A stretch of DNA of 64,000 nt from positions 7,750,001 to 7,814,000 of the forward strand of contig OZ249447.1 in NCBI GenBank assembly GCA_965235115.1, written 5' to 3'. This DNA is from Laetmonice hystrix (lineage: Eukaryota). Within the stretch, counting starts at the first letter, position 1, and each line of letters opens with the position of its first letter. The position numbers were made by a program, and so were the translations under genes. Below, piece by piece: positions 23,037 to 36,500 of the stretch. Below the pieces are notes generated by a model, which worked only from the letters and a program-made list of their open reading frames with translations, did not search any database and was not told the origin of the DNA.

Positions 23037-24171
23037 GACCTCACCACCCACCCACACCAAAACAACGATCAGTGTAACAAACCTTAATCATGCAACCCGA
23101 TATAACAGGTGAAAAAGCTTAAACCTCGCCCAGATTTTCCCCAGGTGCACATGGATGTGGGTGGATGTGGGTGGGTGTGGGTGGGTGTGCGGGCCGAGTG
23201 ACAGCTGGCGGCCATCACCACTGACCCTAGCAGAGATGGTCAGAGATTAGTGGTACAAGTCTGTGGTTGGGCGGCCCAAGGCCCAGCCAGCTTCTGCTCC
23301 ATGTTGACTGGGAATTCTAAGATCGGGTTTCTCCTCGGCAGGATTTACTTCTATATAGCTGACCATGTCACTGAGTGTAAATGGAGAGAAGCCTGGTTTC
23401 CCATTACTGCTCTGGCCAATCTGCCCGGCAAATAATAATACAAGGCTCGAACAATGGAAGATGCGACAATGGGTAAAGCAAAAGAACGCGGAGAGAATGG
23501 CTACTGTTTTGTATAGCACAGGAGTTTTTCCATCACTGTGTACGTGGCTGATCCGCCTTTGTAATACCGCCTTTTGTAATAATTCATCGAGATTTTCCGG
23601 ATTACACAGACGTATACATAGCCGTCGGTGGTGGGGGTGGGGGTGGGGGGGGGGGCTGGGGGGAGGGGTGAACGACCGTTGTCCAACGGTGCCTCTAATA
23701 TTTTCAAGATTCATAATGAAGTTTTGTTGGATTTTTTTTGTAAAATTTTGTTCTTGTGGTAGCTCTGTACTGACCAGGTTCCCTCCTGAAGTCGAATTCG
23801 ACCCACCCTTTGGAAATCCTGGGGACGCCTATGCTATGAGTTTGATGAAGCTATCTACTTTTCTGCTTTCGGACGTGACGTGATAGTGACCATCGGTGGA
23901 ATAACAAGAGAGAACCAAAGAAAATGTTCTCTATATATTGTTGTTGAAACAGCGTACAGAGATGAACATAGCATGCCATCAGTGCAAAGTAAGTTCTGAG
24001 CAAAACCAAACTGCGAAAACCCCGTTAAATAAACTCTTTGGTTAAAGTAATAAGACGTTTGCAAAGCAGAATGACAGTACCATAGACAACCACAACCCTC
24101 ATGTTGCCTTGGAGATATAATGTGTCAGATTGCGCAGGTGTAGCAGGATCAAATCACTACGCTAACTTATC

Positions 24172-24570
24172 ACTCTAGAGTGATATCATCCAAGGATCAG
24201 AACACTCAAGAGTGCTCTAGTCCTCGGTTCAGAACACTAGTGATTTCATCCTAGGTTCAGAACACTCTAGTGATTTCATCCTAGGTTCAGAACACTCTAG
24301 AGTGATTTCATCCTAGGTTCAGAACACTCTAGAGTGATTTGGTCCCAGGTTCAGAACACTCTAGTGATTTCATCCTAGGTTCAGAACACTCTAGAGTGAT
24401 TTGGTCCCAGGTTCAGAACACTGTAGTGATTTCATCCTAGGTTTAGAACACTCTAGAGTGATTTGGTCCCAGGTTTAGAACACTCTAGAGTGATTTGGTC
24501 CCAGGTTCAGAACACTCTAGAGTGATTTGGTCGGAGGTTCAGAGCTCTCGGGTGTTTTGTCCTAGTTCAG
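24172..24570. repeat. Minisatellite, 29/31-bp units, about 13 copies
   Basis: Unit agtgatttcatcctaggttcagaacactct(ag) and a ggtcccagg variant. Confidence 0.9.
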
Positions 24571-24906
24571 GGCAGGGTACAAGGTAATGATTTGATACTC
24601 CTATACCGGGATAATCAAATCTAATGTTACAACTTCCATGTAGGGGCAGGTCGTTCCCAGTTTTACCTTTACTTTACGGACTTTGAAGTCTGTAATGATG
24701 GCTTTGTGTTTTCCTAGCTGAAATATTTCACTAACCATACGCCTGGCCATCCTTTTCAAATGCCGACATCGAGGCCTGTGCTTTCAGGGAGAACTATCAG
24801 GGCACGACTAAATACATGCATTTTACATTATTGTTACTCTCAGTGAAGAGGAAGCCAATCACTACAATACGGTTACCGAATGAACACATCATCAAACCAG
24901 TCTCCT

Positions 24907-25119
24907 AAGTGCTGAACCCACCAAGGCGATTCCCCTTGCGACGGCCATGCGGTTTTTGATTTAATGGTGGAATTTCACTCTGAAATTTTTCCTGGCTGGC
25001 CTTCTCCGTTTCAGGAAATGGGTTCCCTCCTTTAATCTCAAAATTACAGTAAAATAAAAGGGTGATGTCAAAATCGCATGGGCGTCGCAAGGCAAGTCGC
25101 CTTGGTGGGTTCAGCACTT
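24907..25119. mobile_element. MITE with about 55-bp imperfect TIRs
   Basis: aagtgctgaacccaccaaggcga at 24907 is exactly inverted as tcgccttggtgggttcagcactt ending at 25119; the pairing extends imperfectly inward (ttgcgacg.ccatgcg.tttt). No exact TSD. Confidence 0.8.
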
Positions 25120-28100
25120 TAATAAACCATTGATGATTCCATGTGTTCATAGGCGAATTCCATTGACAATTATCTTTCCTGACTGAGGTTATTCCACGGT
25201 TTCTTTGCCAAAATCACGATCTCTATCAGCGCCTTTACTTTCGTCTTCACCCGTCTTTGGTCTTACAACCATCCAGAAATAATACTTGAAAAATCAGACA
25301 GCGTGCAGTCTGGCCCCGGGGAAAGCTTACCGGAAGCGGGCACATCGTCTGCGCGGAAACCGCTTGACTAGTGCCTCCCCCTGCCGGCCATATGCTCTGA
25401 AGGGCGATGTGAAGGGCAGCTCGAAGTACCAACCGCACTAAGGCCGATCTTCTCCATCCAATGGAACAAGGGAAAATAGCTGTAATGAAACCCCCCACCT
25501 GAGGCAATGATCAGTTGAACGGTGAGAGCCTGCGCCAACCGCCTTCCCACACTAAAGCAGATTACTTGGCTGGAGCCGCGCTTTTCATCATCATTAATGA
25601 AACCGTCGTCCATCCTCCTGTATACCGTAAGAAAATAACTGATGAACGACCTTGAATCAGAGCAATGTAAAGAAATGGCCGTCAGAATACGAGACCTTGC
25701 GCTGACTGAGCCGGATTTAAGATGAGACGCACTGCCAGAAACAGGTCCCGGGGTCGTGACGTTTCTTCTAAATTGCAAATTGCCGCAAAACGGCCATCTG
25801 GACAGCGAGGTCGTCCCTATCGAGGGCATTAAGAATCCATTCCCAGCCAGAACCACTACCACTGAACACCCCCACCCCGGTACAAAGAAAACAGCGCAAG
25901 GTAAGCTGTAATATGGTTGACAAACTTTCTCAATCGGTCTCGATGAAAGCTGCCTGCTCATTTCTACCCGTTTTCTAATAGGCCTATTGATAAAAAGCAA
26001 AGTTGATAACCAACAAATCAAAAATGGGAAGATGGTTTATCTGGTGTTATTCGACCTCACTCATAGTCTTTCTCTGTTATTAAGTCGAGGCCTAAGTTTG
26101 CTATGATACGGGGGCGTTCCACTCGCTATTCTTTAGAAAACATAATTTTTTTTCTGAATTATCTTATGAAAATGGCGATCCGTGCCTCATGAAGGCAGCG
26201 CTGAAGTGGTCAAGTCGGTTGACAGATCGGGCCGAGCGTGCCATGATAAATGTGAACGTAGGCAGTCGTGTTCCACGCCTACGTGCGGGATAATGATATG
26301 CGGCATCGCGCCACATTCTTGCCACATTGTGTCTCTCTATAGGTCCCTGCTCCTTATAAATAAAATGTGGCCAGGATAAATGGCCGAGCTAATACGGAGT
26401 ACAGCTTAGATATGGGTGCAGGCCGGGTCCGTTTCTGAGAGGACAAAGAGAGCCGGCGGGAACTGTTTGAACGCTTGCACCGTCTCAGATTACGACCTGC
26501 CTTTCACACCGTCTCCATAATGCATCTTTATGATCTCCTATGCAAAGAAGACTAAAGAGACGGCGTAGCATGTCACTGAAGCGTATATAAATATATTAAT
26601 ATCCGTGCAATCCATGACAGGTTCAACCTGCTGATACCACTCACGTGTGCCTGTACCTGGCGCGGATTCAAGAATTGGAAGGTAAAAGTTAGTAGGGCAT
26701 GGGCCTAGCTTTGATCAAGCACTCTTAAAACATACTTATTGATACGTTAATAGGTTTCATATTTTACATTTGTATTCCAACAAGAAATTTAACGTTTAAT
26801 AGAAAGAAAAAAATGCCTCCCACCACCATTCTTATGTGGCGTTGGTTTCCCATGATTTCTGACCTGAGTTTATTTTGGCCCATGGCTTCCTGCATGGCCT
26901 CAGCTCCGGTAAGGACTATAATGGTCCATTCAGCGATACTGCAGAAACAAATCCGCTGCTCTCAGATAAGAAAACAACTACAGGCCGAATACGAGCACAA
27001 AATCTCCCTTCACTGCCTCGAGCGAACTAAATGCAGCTTATCGGCCACTCATTCATTAGTCGACTGCACCCATTGTTAGTCGACTGCACCCATTGTTACA
27101 AGCAATAATTACTGTCGATATCCATTAACCTCCGTGTAAATTCTTTGATGACTTTATGAAGATTGTAAATTGGCTTCTCAAAGAAACTACAAATTATTCG
27201 GAATTATACATAATTATACATAATCAGTCAGTATGTCCAATATCTTGCTCAGCATAAAGCCACCGAGATGCTATTGTCGAGGTGGTGCCAAGAGTATCAA
27301 TCGAGGAGGTTTAGTTTCCCATGACCTTTCTGATGATATCTGTTATACTCAAGATGTTCATGTTCATTTAGTCGTCAGTTTTATAATAGCAGCCTGGCCC
27401 CTCTCACCTGCTCACAGATCCTTTTCAAATAAACGGATAGTTGTTTTATGTTTTGCTGTACCTCCTCAACTTCCCGCTGTCATGAATCGTATCCGCAGAG
27501 AAGACGTTCATTAGCGTGTTCAGCTAATACTTATGAAGGGAATTATGCTACGCAGGATTTACCAAACTCCCTACCTATAGACATCCACATATATCTAATA
27601 ATGTGATATACAAAATATAATGATGAGCTATAACAACACTGATTATTACATCACGGTGCTGATTTTGTTTCTGTAGTCCTTATCTTACAAGAGGATGTGC
27701 CTCTTTCGTCCTTGTCCCCTACGCATTTCGTAAGGCCTGTGTCAAATAATTCCAAGTCATGCCCTTTTTAGGATTTGGGGGTTCAAAATGAGCCTATATC
27801 CACTAGACGGTTGACCTGGCGGTGGCAGTAGGATTGTCGTAGTTGGCAGAGAGATGGATTCCACAGGCTAATGTTTTCTAACCCCTCGCCGACAGAAACC
27901 ACTCTAGCTGTATTGAGAATGTCAAACCCCAGTTCAGATATGATTCCGCACTTCATCGCCAGCCTATTAAGTCCCAATATCCATGCGAGAGGCCATTTCC
28001 CTTTCAAGCCTACTGCCAATTGAAACGTGCTCATACTGCCTGTCCCTAGCATTACTGTGGACATGTATGATTGACCATTCTGACCAACTCATCCATCACA

Positions 28101-28380
28101 GGACCGTTCTCATCTATCATCTGTTTCAGACAATCTTCGAGAAAATGTTCCTCTATCCTAGATGTCTAGATACATGACGATGTACCATACGGGAATTGTG
28201 CGAACCGGACACGTCCATCAATGTGTTCTCTAGTCGCCTGTGTCGCGTGCGGAGCGCGTCTACCAAGTCCTTTCTCGAAATTAAAGTGGGAAGTCGAGAC
28301 CCAGACGCTTCCCCCGTGTAGAAATGGCAGTGTTTTCGGAGGTCTTGCACTTAGAGAAACAGGCATCTGGATCCTTTCTC

Positions 28381-29106
28381 AGGATAACGTAGACTCTACA
28401 ACATTGTACCGTCTGACATTTAAAATCTCCACACTGCTAGGATAAACTATATCAAGATAACGTAGACTCTACAACATTGTACCGTCTGACATTTACAATC
28501 TCCACACTGCTAGGATAAACTATATCAGGATAACGTAGACTCTACAACATTGTACCGTCTGACATTTACAATCTCCACACTTCCAGGATAAACTATATCA
28601 GGATAACGTAGACTCTACAACATTCTACCGTCTGACATTTAAAATCTCCACACTGCTATAGGAAAAACTGATAACGTAGACTCTATAACATTCTTCCGTC
28701 TGACATTTAAAAACTCCACACTGCTAGGATAAACTATATCAGGATAACGTAGACTCTACAACATTGTACCGTCTGACATTTACAATCTCCACACTGCCAG
28801 GATAAACTATATCAGGATAACGTAGACTCTACAACATTCTACCGTCTGACATTTAAAATCTCCACACTGCTATAGGAAAAACTGATAACGTAGACTCTAT
28901 AACATTCTTCCGTCTGACATTTAAAAACTCCACACTGCTAGGATAAACTATATCAGGATAACGTAGACTCTACAACATTGTACCGTCTGACATTTACAAT
29001 CTCCACACTGCCAGGATAAACTATATCAAGATAACGTAGACTCTACAACATTGTACTGTCTGACATTTAAAATCTCCACACTTCCAGGGTAAACTGTATC
29101 AGGATA
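28381..29106. repeat. Minisatellite, 73/68-bp units, about 10 copies, with a 214-bp higher-order repeat
   Basis: gataacgtag occurs at 28383, 28456, 28529, 28602, 28670, 28743, 28816, 28884, 28957 and 29030. Confidence 0.95.
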
Positions 29107-29129
29107 AATCGACATGAATGGTTACTATT

Positions 29130-29371
29130 CTGCCGTGAAACGACAAAAGGAAGCAAGTCCAACTTTCATCAAAATCGACTTAAGTGTAAATTTGGATTCA
29201 GGGAAGTAAGTCCTATCTATCAATGGGTGCATTTATGCTAAACATCCTTCTATGAATCTATCAGTCACATGGCAGAAGGAAGCAAGTCCACCCAAGTGAA
29301 GTGTAGAGAAAACTTGTTTATGTCCATTTCTCGAAACTTTGGACTTGCTTCCTTTTGTCATTTCACGGCAG
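29130..29371. mobile_element. MITE with about 33-bp TIRs
   Basis: ctgccgtgaaacgacaaaaggaagcaagtccaa ... ttggacttgcttccttttgtcatttcacggcag (1 mismatch), with tatt on both flanks and an internal gaaggaagcaagtcc sub-repeat. Confidence 0.85.
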
Positions 29372-30367
29372 TATTGTACATCGTGTTTTCCTTTGAAATC
29401 ATGGTAACTGGGGAAGATAACTCTCTTTCTTTAGAAAACAAAGACATTTAGTGATAGTTTTTTCTTCCTTTATCTGATATTTTGACAGTACATGTGGTTG
29501 TTAATCCGGACATACACGTACCGACTCGACTCAATTTAATGCCATTCAACTATTTCTGTATACCTTAAACCTCCCTATATCCAGAGACAGTTGGATGGAA
29601 TCGGCGCCAGTTGAATGGAATCGGGACAGGCGAGGCGGTATATGTTTCTCAATGCATAAGAACTAATCCGGTGCGCGTATGACCGGCTTAAAGCTATGAA
29701 GCGATCGTCTTATGGCTGGGTGTTGACAAAATCTTTGACCTGGCATTAACTTGAGCAGCCAATGAAATTCATCGGGCGATAAACTGATGAATGCCATTGG
29801 CTGTTTAAGTCGGTGCCAGGTCAACAACCAGCCATGAGCCGTCCGTTTCATCATGCCGACAACGGATAACTGGAATGTTCAATTTCATTAGATTTATTCA
29901 TTTCTCTGGGTATACATTTTATTGATTTATGTAGTCTAAGGCCTTATTATCTAAGCCTATGTCTCCATTTGGGAGTCACTGAAATGAGAGATAGGCCTAC
30001 TCTCTGATTGCTTTAACTTCGGTAGGTTGAAAACTAGCCTCCAGAAAACCGGAATTATTAAGTTTCCTCTTCTTGGGTCTTTTATATGATAGGGAATTTA
30101 CTATACCTCACTGAGTGTGGTTACGATTGTCGTAGAACCCCACCTAAAACTGCCGACAGGCGGACTTCATGAGATTCGGTATTGTTCTTCAGACCTGGAA
30201 ACGACCCCTTCTCACACCCCAACATGTAGGCCCAATGTGGACCATAACCATTCAGCCGGCGGCAGGCCTGGGAACCCCTTTCTCTTCAAAGTCCTGCATG
30301 ACGGATGTGTCCAATAGATTGTATTGACAAAAGACCGAAAGGGAAAACACATCAGACACGGTATCCG

Positions 30368-30650
30368 TCCGTGTACAGGTCGAGTCGGTGTGGTGAGGCG
30401 ACCAGCGGAGCCAGTCCCGTGTACAGGTCGAGTCGGTGTGGTGAGGCGACCAGCGGAGCCAGTCCCGTGTACAGGTCGAGTCGGTGTGGTGAGGCGACCA
30501 GCGGAGCCAGTCCCGTGTACAGGTCGAGTCGGTGTGGTGAGGCGGCCAGCGGAGCCAGTCCCGTGTACAGGTCGAGTCGGTGTGGTGAGGCGACCAGCGG
30601 GGCCAGTCCCGTGTACAGGTCGAGTCGGTGAGGCGACCAGCGGAGCCAGC
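30368..30650. repeat. GC-rich minisatellite, 48-bp unit, about 6 copies
   Basis: Unit gtcgagtcggtgtggtgaggcgaccagcggagccagtcccgtgtacag. Confidence 0.95.
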
Positions 30651-32360
30651 CCGACAACCACGCCTTCCCCACTCGTGTGTAAGCCAACTTGTATGTCGTG
30701 CTGTCAAGAAGCCACTTACTCGCACGCCCGTCCTTTTACGGCCTCCGCCCGCCGCTCGGGGCATGGATTAAATGGTCGCAATGAAAGTTTCAGCGAGCTG
30801 CCTGGCTGGTCTGTTAATCAGACAACATGCCCGCTAACAGTTCACTATTCCTAGATGCGTGGCTTTAAATGAGAACTGCCGGGAACTATATCATGTACAG
30901 CATACAGATTAAGCGCACCACTTGAACCTCCGTCACATCACAAAACATTGTAGGTCGTGTTGTGGTGTGTATGTAGGAACCTGCACGGACAGGTTGTGTA
31001 CGGTTGGATGGATTGATGGGCATATTCATGTATACATATAGGAGTAAGACTATTACTACTGATACTTACGGCCTACGTGCATTTTTAATGGGAATTAACA
31101 TTAAGACATTACGTAAAACTACATTTTGTGATTTCTATTAGTTTCTTTTGCAACTAAAGTACAAATAATTCACGTAAAAAGCTTACGTTATTTGGACTAA
31201 CAGGGGCAGTCGCAACAATGATGCAGAATGTAAAAAATCATTGTGGGGGTAATTCTTGAAAAAAAAGACATCAAAAGAGCTCTCCATCAAGGCTGTCTCC
31301 CTCGGGACCCCCTCCTCTCTGCCAGCAACTCACCAAATGGTCTGGCGTGAAACAACAAGTCTTACAACCCTAGTTTCACCAAGCACTAAGCGCCATTCTT
31401 AATGTCTCAGTTCCCTAGAGGTATTGCTTTCTTCCTTTGAGGAGTATATGAAGTGGGCTTTGTTCGCGTGGTAGGCCGCCCTTCAGACAGCAAGCTGACT
31501 GACATTTCACTCGGGTCGATGTGGTGAATTTTGACAAATTGTCCGCTGGATACACCCGAGGGTTTCATAATGAACGATAGTCGCCGATTCAGATCAACCG
31601 TCAGCCATTCATCAAAATCGTTTTCGGCACTCTCCTTAAGACTTCGAGCTGGATTTCACACAGAGCATTACAAATGAGAGAACTTCAGGAGCCTGGAAGG
31701 AGGGAGTTGTTGTTTTTCATCAAACAGTTTGAGTGTTAGCTTGATGTATGGGTAACCACGACCCTTTAAGATGGACTGTGATTTCACGAAGCGAAAGGTT
31801 ATTATAGGTGGCATTAATCGCTAATTTGTTAAAGTGAGTTTTTTTTCTTTTAAAGCAGACGGTTTCCTATGGAATGTCCTAACAAATGACGTACAACCTT
31901 CCACGGTAGTCTAGGCTGGAATCTTACAACGACCCTGTCAACGACCTCAACCACATCCTGTGTGGGGAAAACCAATTAAAATGCAAAAATTCAACCTATC
32001 GCGAATTCTAACCATTTGGCAAATTATTATCCGTCGAAATACCTGCAAGAGCAGTTAGCATAACATAATAAGTAAGGAACCAAATTATGGGTTTCATGAA
32101 TTTCCATGACAAGCTAACCCAATTATGTCGTTAATGTCATTGAAACTCCATTCTTAAGGCAGTTTGCTGAAGAACGTTTTGAATTTTACTTCTGAGTCGA
32201 TGTTAATCAGTTACTATTGGCTTTCGGTAATAAATGCGTTTGGGAGCAGACACGAAAACTAGGCTAATGGTCTGGGAGTTTTTCGGTGTGAGGGAGTTAA
32301 CGACTGTAGAATAGTAGAATCTGTGCATATCCTTATCTAAGTATGTTCACTTTCCTAGTA

Positions 32361-33327
32361 GGTGGCCGTAGAATGGAGACCAATTGGTTTCTAACAGGAT
32401 ATATTGTTACAAACAGACGGATCTGTTATGGTGGCCGTAGAATGGAGACCAATTGGTTTCTAACAGGATATATTGTTACAAGCAGACGGATCTGTTATGG
32501 TGGCCGTAGAATGGAGACCAATTGGTTTCTAACAGGATATATTGTTACAAGAAGACGGATCTGTTATGGTGGCCGTAGAATAGAGACCAATTGGTTTCTA
32601 ACAGGATATATTGTTACAAGCAGACGGATCTGTTATGGTGGCCGTAGAATGGAGACCAATTGGTTTCTAACAGGATATATTGTTACAAGCAGACGGATCT
32701 GTTATGGTGGCCGTAGAATGGAGGCCAATTGGTTTCTAACAGGATATATTGTTACAAGCAGACGGATCTGTTATGGTGGCCGTAGAATAAAGACCAATTG
32801 GTTTCTAACAGGATATATTGTTACAAGCAGACGGATCTGTTATGGTGGCCGTAGAATGGAGACCAATTGGTTTCTAACAGGATATATTGTTACAAGCAGA
32901 CGGATCTGTTATGGTGGCCGTAGAATGGAGACCAATTGGTTTCTAACAGGATATATTGTTACAAGTAGACGGATCTGTTATGGTGGCCGTAGAATGGAGA
33001 CCAATTGGTTTCTAACAGGATATATTGTTACAAGCAGACGGATCTGTTATGGTGGCCGTAGAATGGAGGCCAATTGGTTTCTAACAGGATATATTGTTAC
33101 AAGCAGACGGATCTGTTATGGTGGCCGTAGAATAAAGACCAATTGGTTTCTAACAGGATATATTGTTACAAGCAGACGGGTCTGTTATGGTGGCCGTAGA
33201 ATGGAGACCAATTGGTTTCTAACAGGATATATTGTTACAAGCAGACGGATCTGTTATGGTGGCCGTAGAATGGAGACCAATTGGTTTCTAACAGGATATA
33301 TTGTTACAAGCAGACGGATCTGTTATG
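32361..33327. repeat. Minisatellite, 69-bp unit, about 14 copies
   Basis: Unit ggtggccgtagaatggagaccaattggtttctaacaggatatattgttacaagcagacggatctgttat; this produces the repetitive ORF 32343..33359. Confidence 0.95.
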
Positions 33328-33420
33328 GAAAGATGTCCTCCTTGATGTCTACTGACTGAATATTTTTGGTCCATCATGCGCCGATTTTATTAGAAATGGA
33401 ATTATCTCTTTGCCTCTGCC

Positions 33421-33463
33421 TGTCTGTCTTTCTGTCTGTCTGTTTCTCTCTCTCTCCCTCTCT

Positions 33464-33503
<40 letters not shown>
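33421..33503. repeat. (CTGT)n/(CT)n microsatellite
   Basis: Directly visible. Confidence 0.95.
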
Positions 33504-33507
<4 letters not shown>

Positions 33508-36500
33508 GTTTGGCCTCTAACCTCGAGATATCATCTAAGTAACAATAAATGACAGAAATATATTATGGTACATTTTGGATGGACAAGAAATAAAGACCTG
33601 AAAATAAAGACTGCATATTAAGGCACACAGGAAAAATAGTAATACACATTAGAAAAAAAGACAAAAAAATGTTTTGAGGGTGTTCGTTGTGACTGGTGCC
33701 GATAGAAACTTCAGTGAACGTTAGAGGTGTCTGGTGCCAGGATAATGAATAGTTGTCGACAAACGGTCTTGATTACGTCTGGTTTGTATACCGACGACTG
33801 CTAAAGTATGCCGATCACTCTCCAGGGAGACAGCCACTCGCTGCTAAATGGGCCTTAATGCACTAATACCTTGTTTAATCTAACTGATGGATAGGCAAAC
33901 TGATCTCCTGAGACATCGAGGACACAATAAGAACACCCCGCGACTTGCTTGGCTGCTCATTATTTCCCCATAACTTTCTGTTACACTCGTTCCCGCTTTA
34001 AATAAAATAGTTCATATGTGATTATTACCAAATCATATTTGTCGCAATCTTCTGATTTTTATTCTTAGCTTGCAACCCCCAAGAAATCCCCATTACAGAT
34101 AATGAAATGTAGAAAATAACGCACTGTTTCTCATTCTCTATCTGCGACTGAAACTTCAAAGTAAAGCCAAGGATATTGTTTTTGTTTCAAGGGAATATTA
34201 CTTACTTATTAGAAAAGCAATTACTAATGCCATAAATTGAAGTTTGATGGTCTATCTTAGAAAATCGTACATGGAACATATCAAGTGGCCGGTCCCAGAC
34301 TTTGATATGAATGTTAATAAACCTCTCCATACATGTTCCCATTGACTATAGGTTACGTGGATAAGCTGGGAGAAGTTACTGGACGTATAATCGGCGATGT
34401 CCCACATAATATTCAATATCAGCACCAGCTTCGATCTCAATATCAATATATCTCACCCCTCCATTCAAACACACTCACAAATATCTGGTTGCAAAGAACA
34501 AAAAAGACCTGTCACCTAAATACAGATTATGTTGATATAAGTGTGCTCTGGCTGACGTTATCCGTGAAACCGACCCTCTCTGTCTAAATGAAGGCCAAAC
34601 ATCGGCTTGATTTCCCTAGAGGGCGCCACCGAGTCCTATCTGTGAATCAGTCTCATTATCACTGACCAATCACAACTCGGCTTGAAAAACATTGATCGCA
34701 AACACTGAGGTCAGTCTGTGGTACAATGTCTGTAGAATATGGTTGTTCGTGCCGATATCTTAATCATAGCCCGATGTTAACACCGGCTAACGACTTACAT
34801 GAATCTTAATCCATTTCTGCCCCGATCATCACCAACAATAACATTATATGGTTTTGGCTTTAAATAATAAGTCAGGGCTTTTTTCAAAATACTGATACAA
34901 ATACTAAAGTCGAAAGGAATCGACAGATAAAAGAGAAAATAACAAAAGAAGTTGTTGCCGCAACATATTAGATTCAATATGATAGTTGATACTATTGAAA
35001 CCTAATTATAACAGATAAAAGGGAGGTATATATTAAATATTTCAGAGGACACCTATGTTTGTCCTTCTTTACAAAGTTAGGAGCCTAGCACACCAAACCA
35101 ACTGGAGTTTGGCCAAATTTCTGTAGTGTCCTAATCGATATCACATCAATATTGCCTGTCACGTACGGCTTTGATTTCAGTCAAAGGAAAACAGGCAGCG
35201 TTTTCCACAAACACCATGGGCGTCATGTTCTCTCAAGGCATGTTGTGTTGGCGTGCTACACGAATTTGTACCATGTACAGGCCGAGCCTAAGGTATCAAA
35301 GAGTACCAGTATTGAAACAGTTCCTTGGGTGATCCATGAAAACAGGGGGTCGCGGCACGCCTGTCCAACGCCACCTGATGGTGGCTATGAAAACTATGTG
35401 ACACAAACAGACGTACCTACCATGGACCATCATGATAAATTCTGTTTGGTGCGAACAATATTTTCAAGAGGTTCTATCCTAATGTCCTAATGTTATAGCC
35501 GGCCCTCTACTGTCCCATGTAATTTCATTCCGTATCTCCTGATTGCGACGGGGGGGGGGGGGGGTAAAAACTGCTGTTTCCCTGTTGTGGAGGTCCAGTT
35601 TGGCCCATCTACTATTTGAGGCCCTCCATGCCACTGGTAACATGTAGTGAACGGTCATATCAGAAAATATCGCCACATGAGATTGGCTCGGGTCTGTCTT
35701 CCATGAACTGGCAATGGAAACCGAAGTAGCCTGCGTGGGTCCACCTTCAGTCGTAGTCTGGAAACACGTGCTGGTGATCAAACACTGATAGTACGAGGAG
35801 TCACAGAGTGTCCACTTGGAGCCGGGAGGGTGCAAGGCTGAGAAATGAGCGACATGACTCCCTATAAGGAATATAATAATATCACCCGTTTCCCATCAGT
35901 ATGCCGATCTGTGGCATAGTGCCAAACGGTGGCTACCTTTGGGTTATCACATGTTATCATAGACGCCAGAACTTAGGTAGGATGAATGGATCTAGTTGAC
36001 TAAGACCAATTTCACTATTACGTGTTTCTCTTTTCTGTCTCTGTCTCTGTCTCTGTCTGTCTATCTCTTTCATTCTCAACTGTTCACTATAATGTGTAAC
36101 TCTACGTTACATACGTTATTATGTGTTTCGTCTGAAAAAAGGAGAAGATACACCTGTCGGCAACTTAATCTTTTTGTAGATATTAGAATTCTAAGAATTT
36201 AATTAAGTTTGGTTGTTACGAAATTTCAATTTCACCATCCCTATCTATGGACGTTAATGAGAAATTTCTTTGCCTATTTTTATTCACTCGAGATTTTCCT
36301 TTTTCAGATTCGACCAAAGGGCACGTGTGAGTATTTACATTGAGAACAACTCGAAATAAAGCATTGATCTAACACTTCCTCCGATTTGATCGTTTGCACA
36401 GTTTATTACATGTCATTTAATGTCCAATGTAAAAAGAAGCAATCAATAAAATTTACAGAGCAGGAATGGACGATTATTATCAGAGTGGAATGCAGGGGGA

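Noticed and set aside
23247-23883. Overlapping ORFs on both strands
   Set aside because: They are interrupted by a G-tract MITE-like insert (about 23630-23830) and have no recognisable domain.
32343-33359. 338-aa repetitive ORF (GGRRMETNWFLTGYIVTSRRICY)n
   Set aside because: An open frame is a by-product of a stop-free 69-bp (multiple of 3) minisatellite; there is no other coding evidence.
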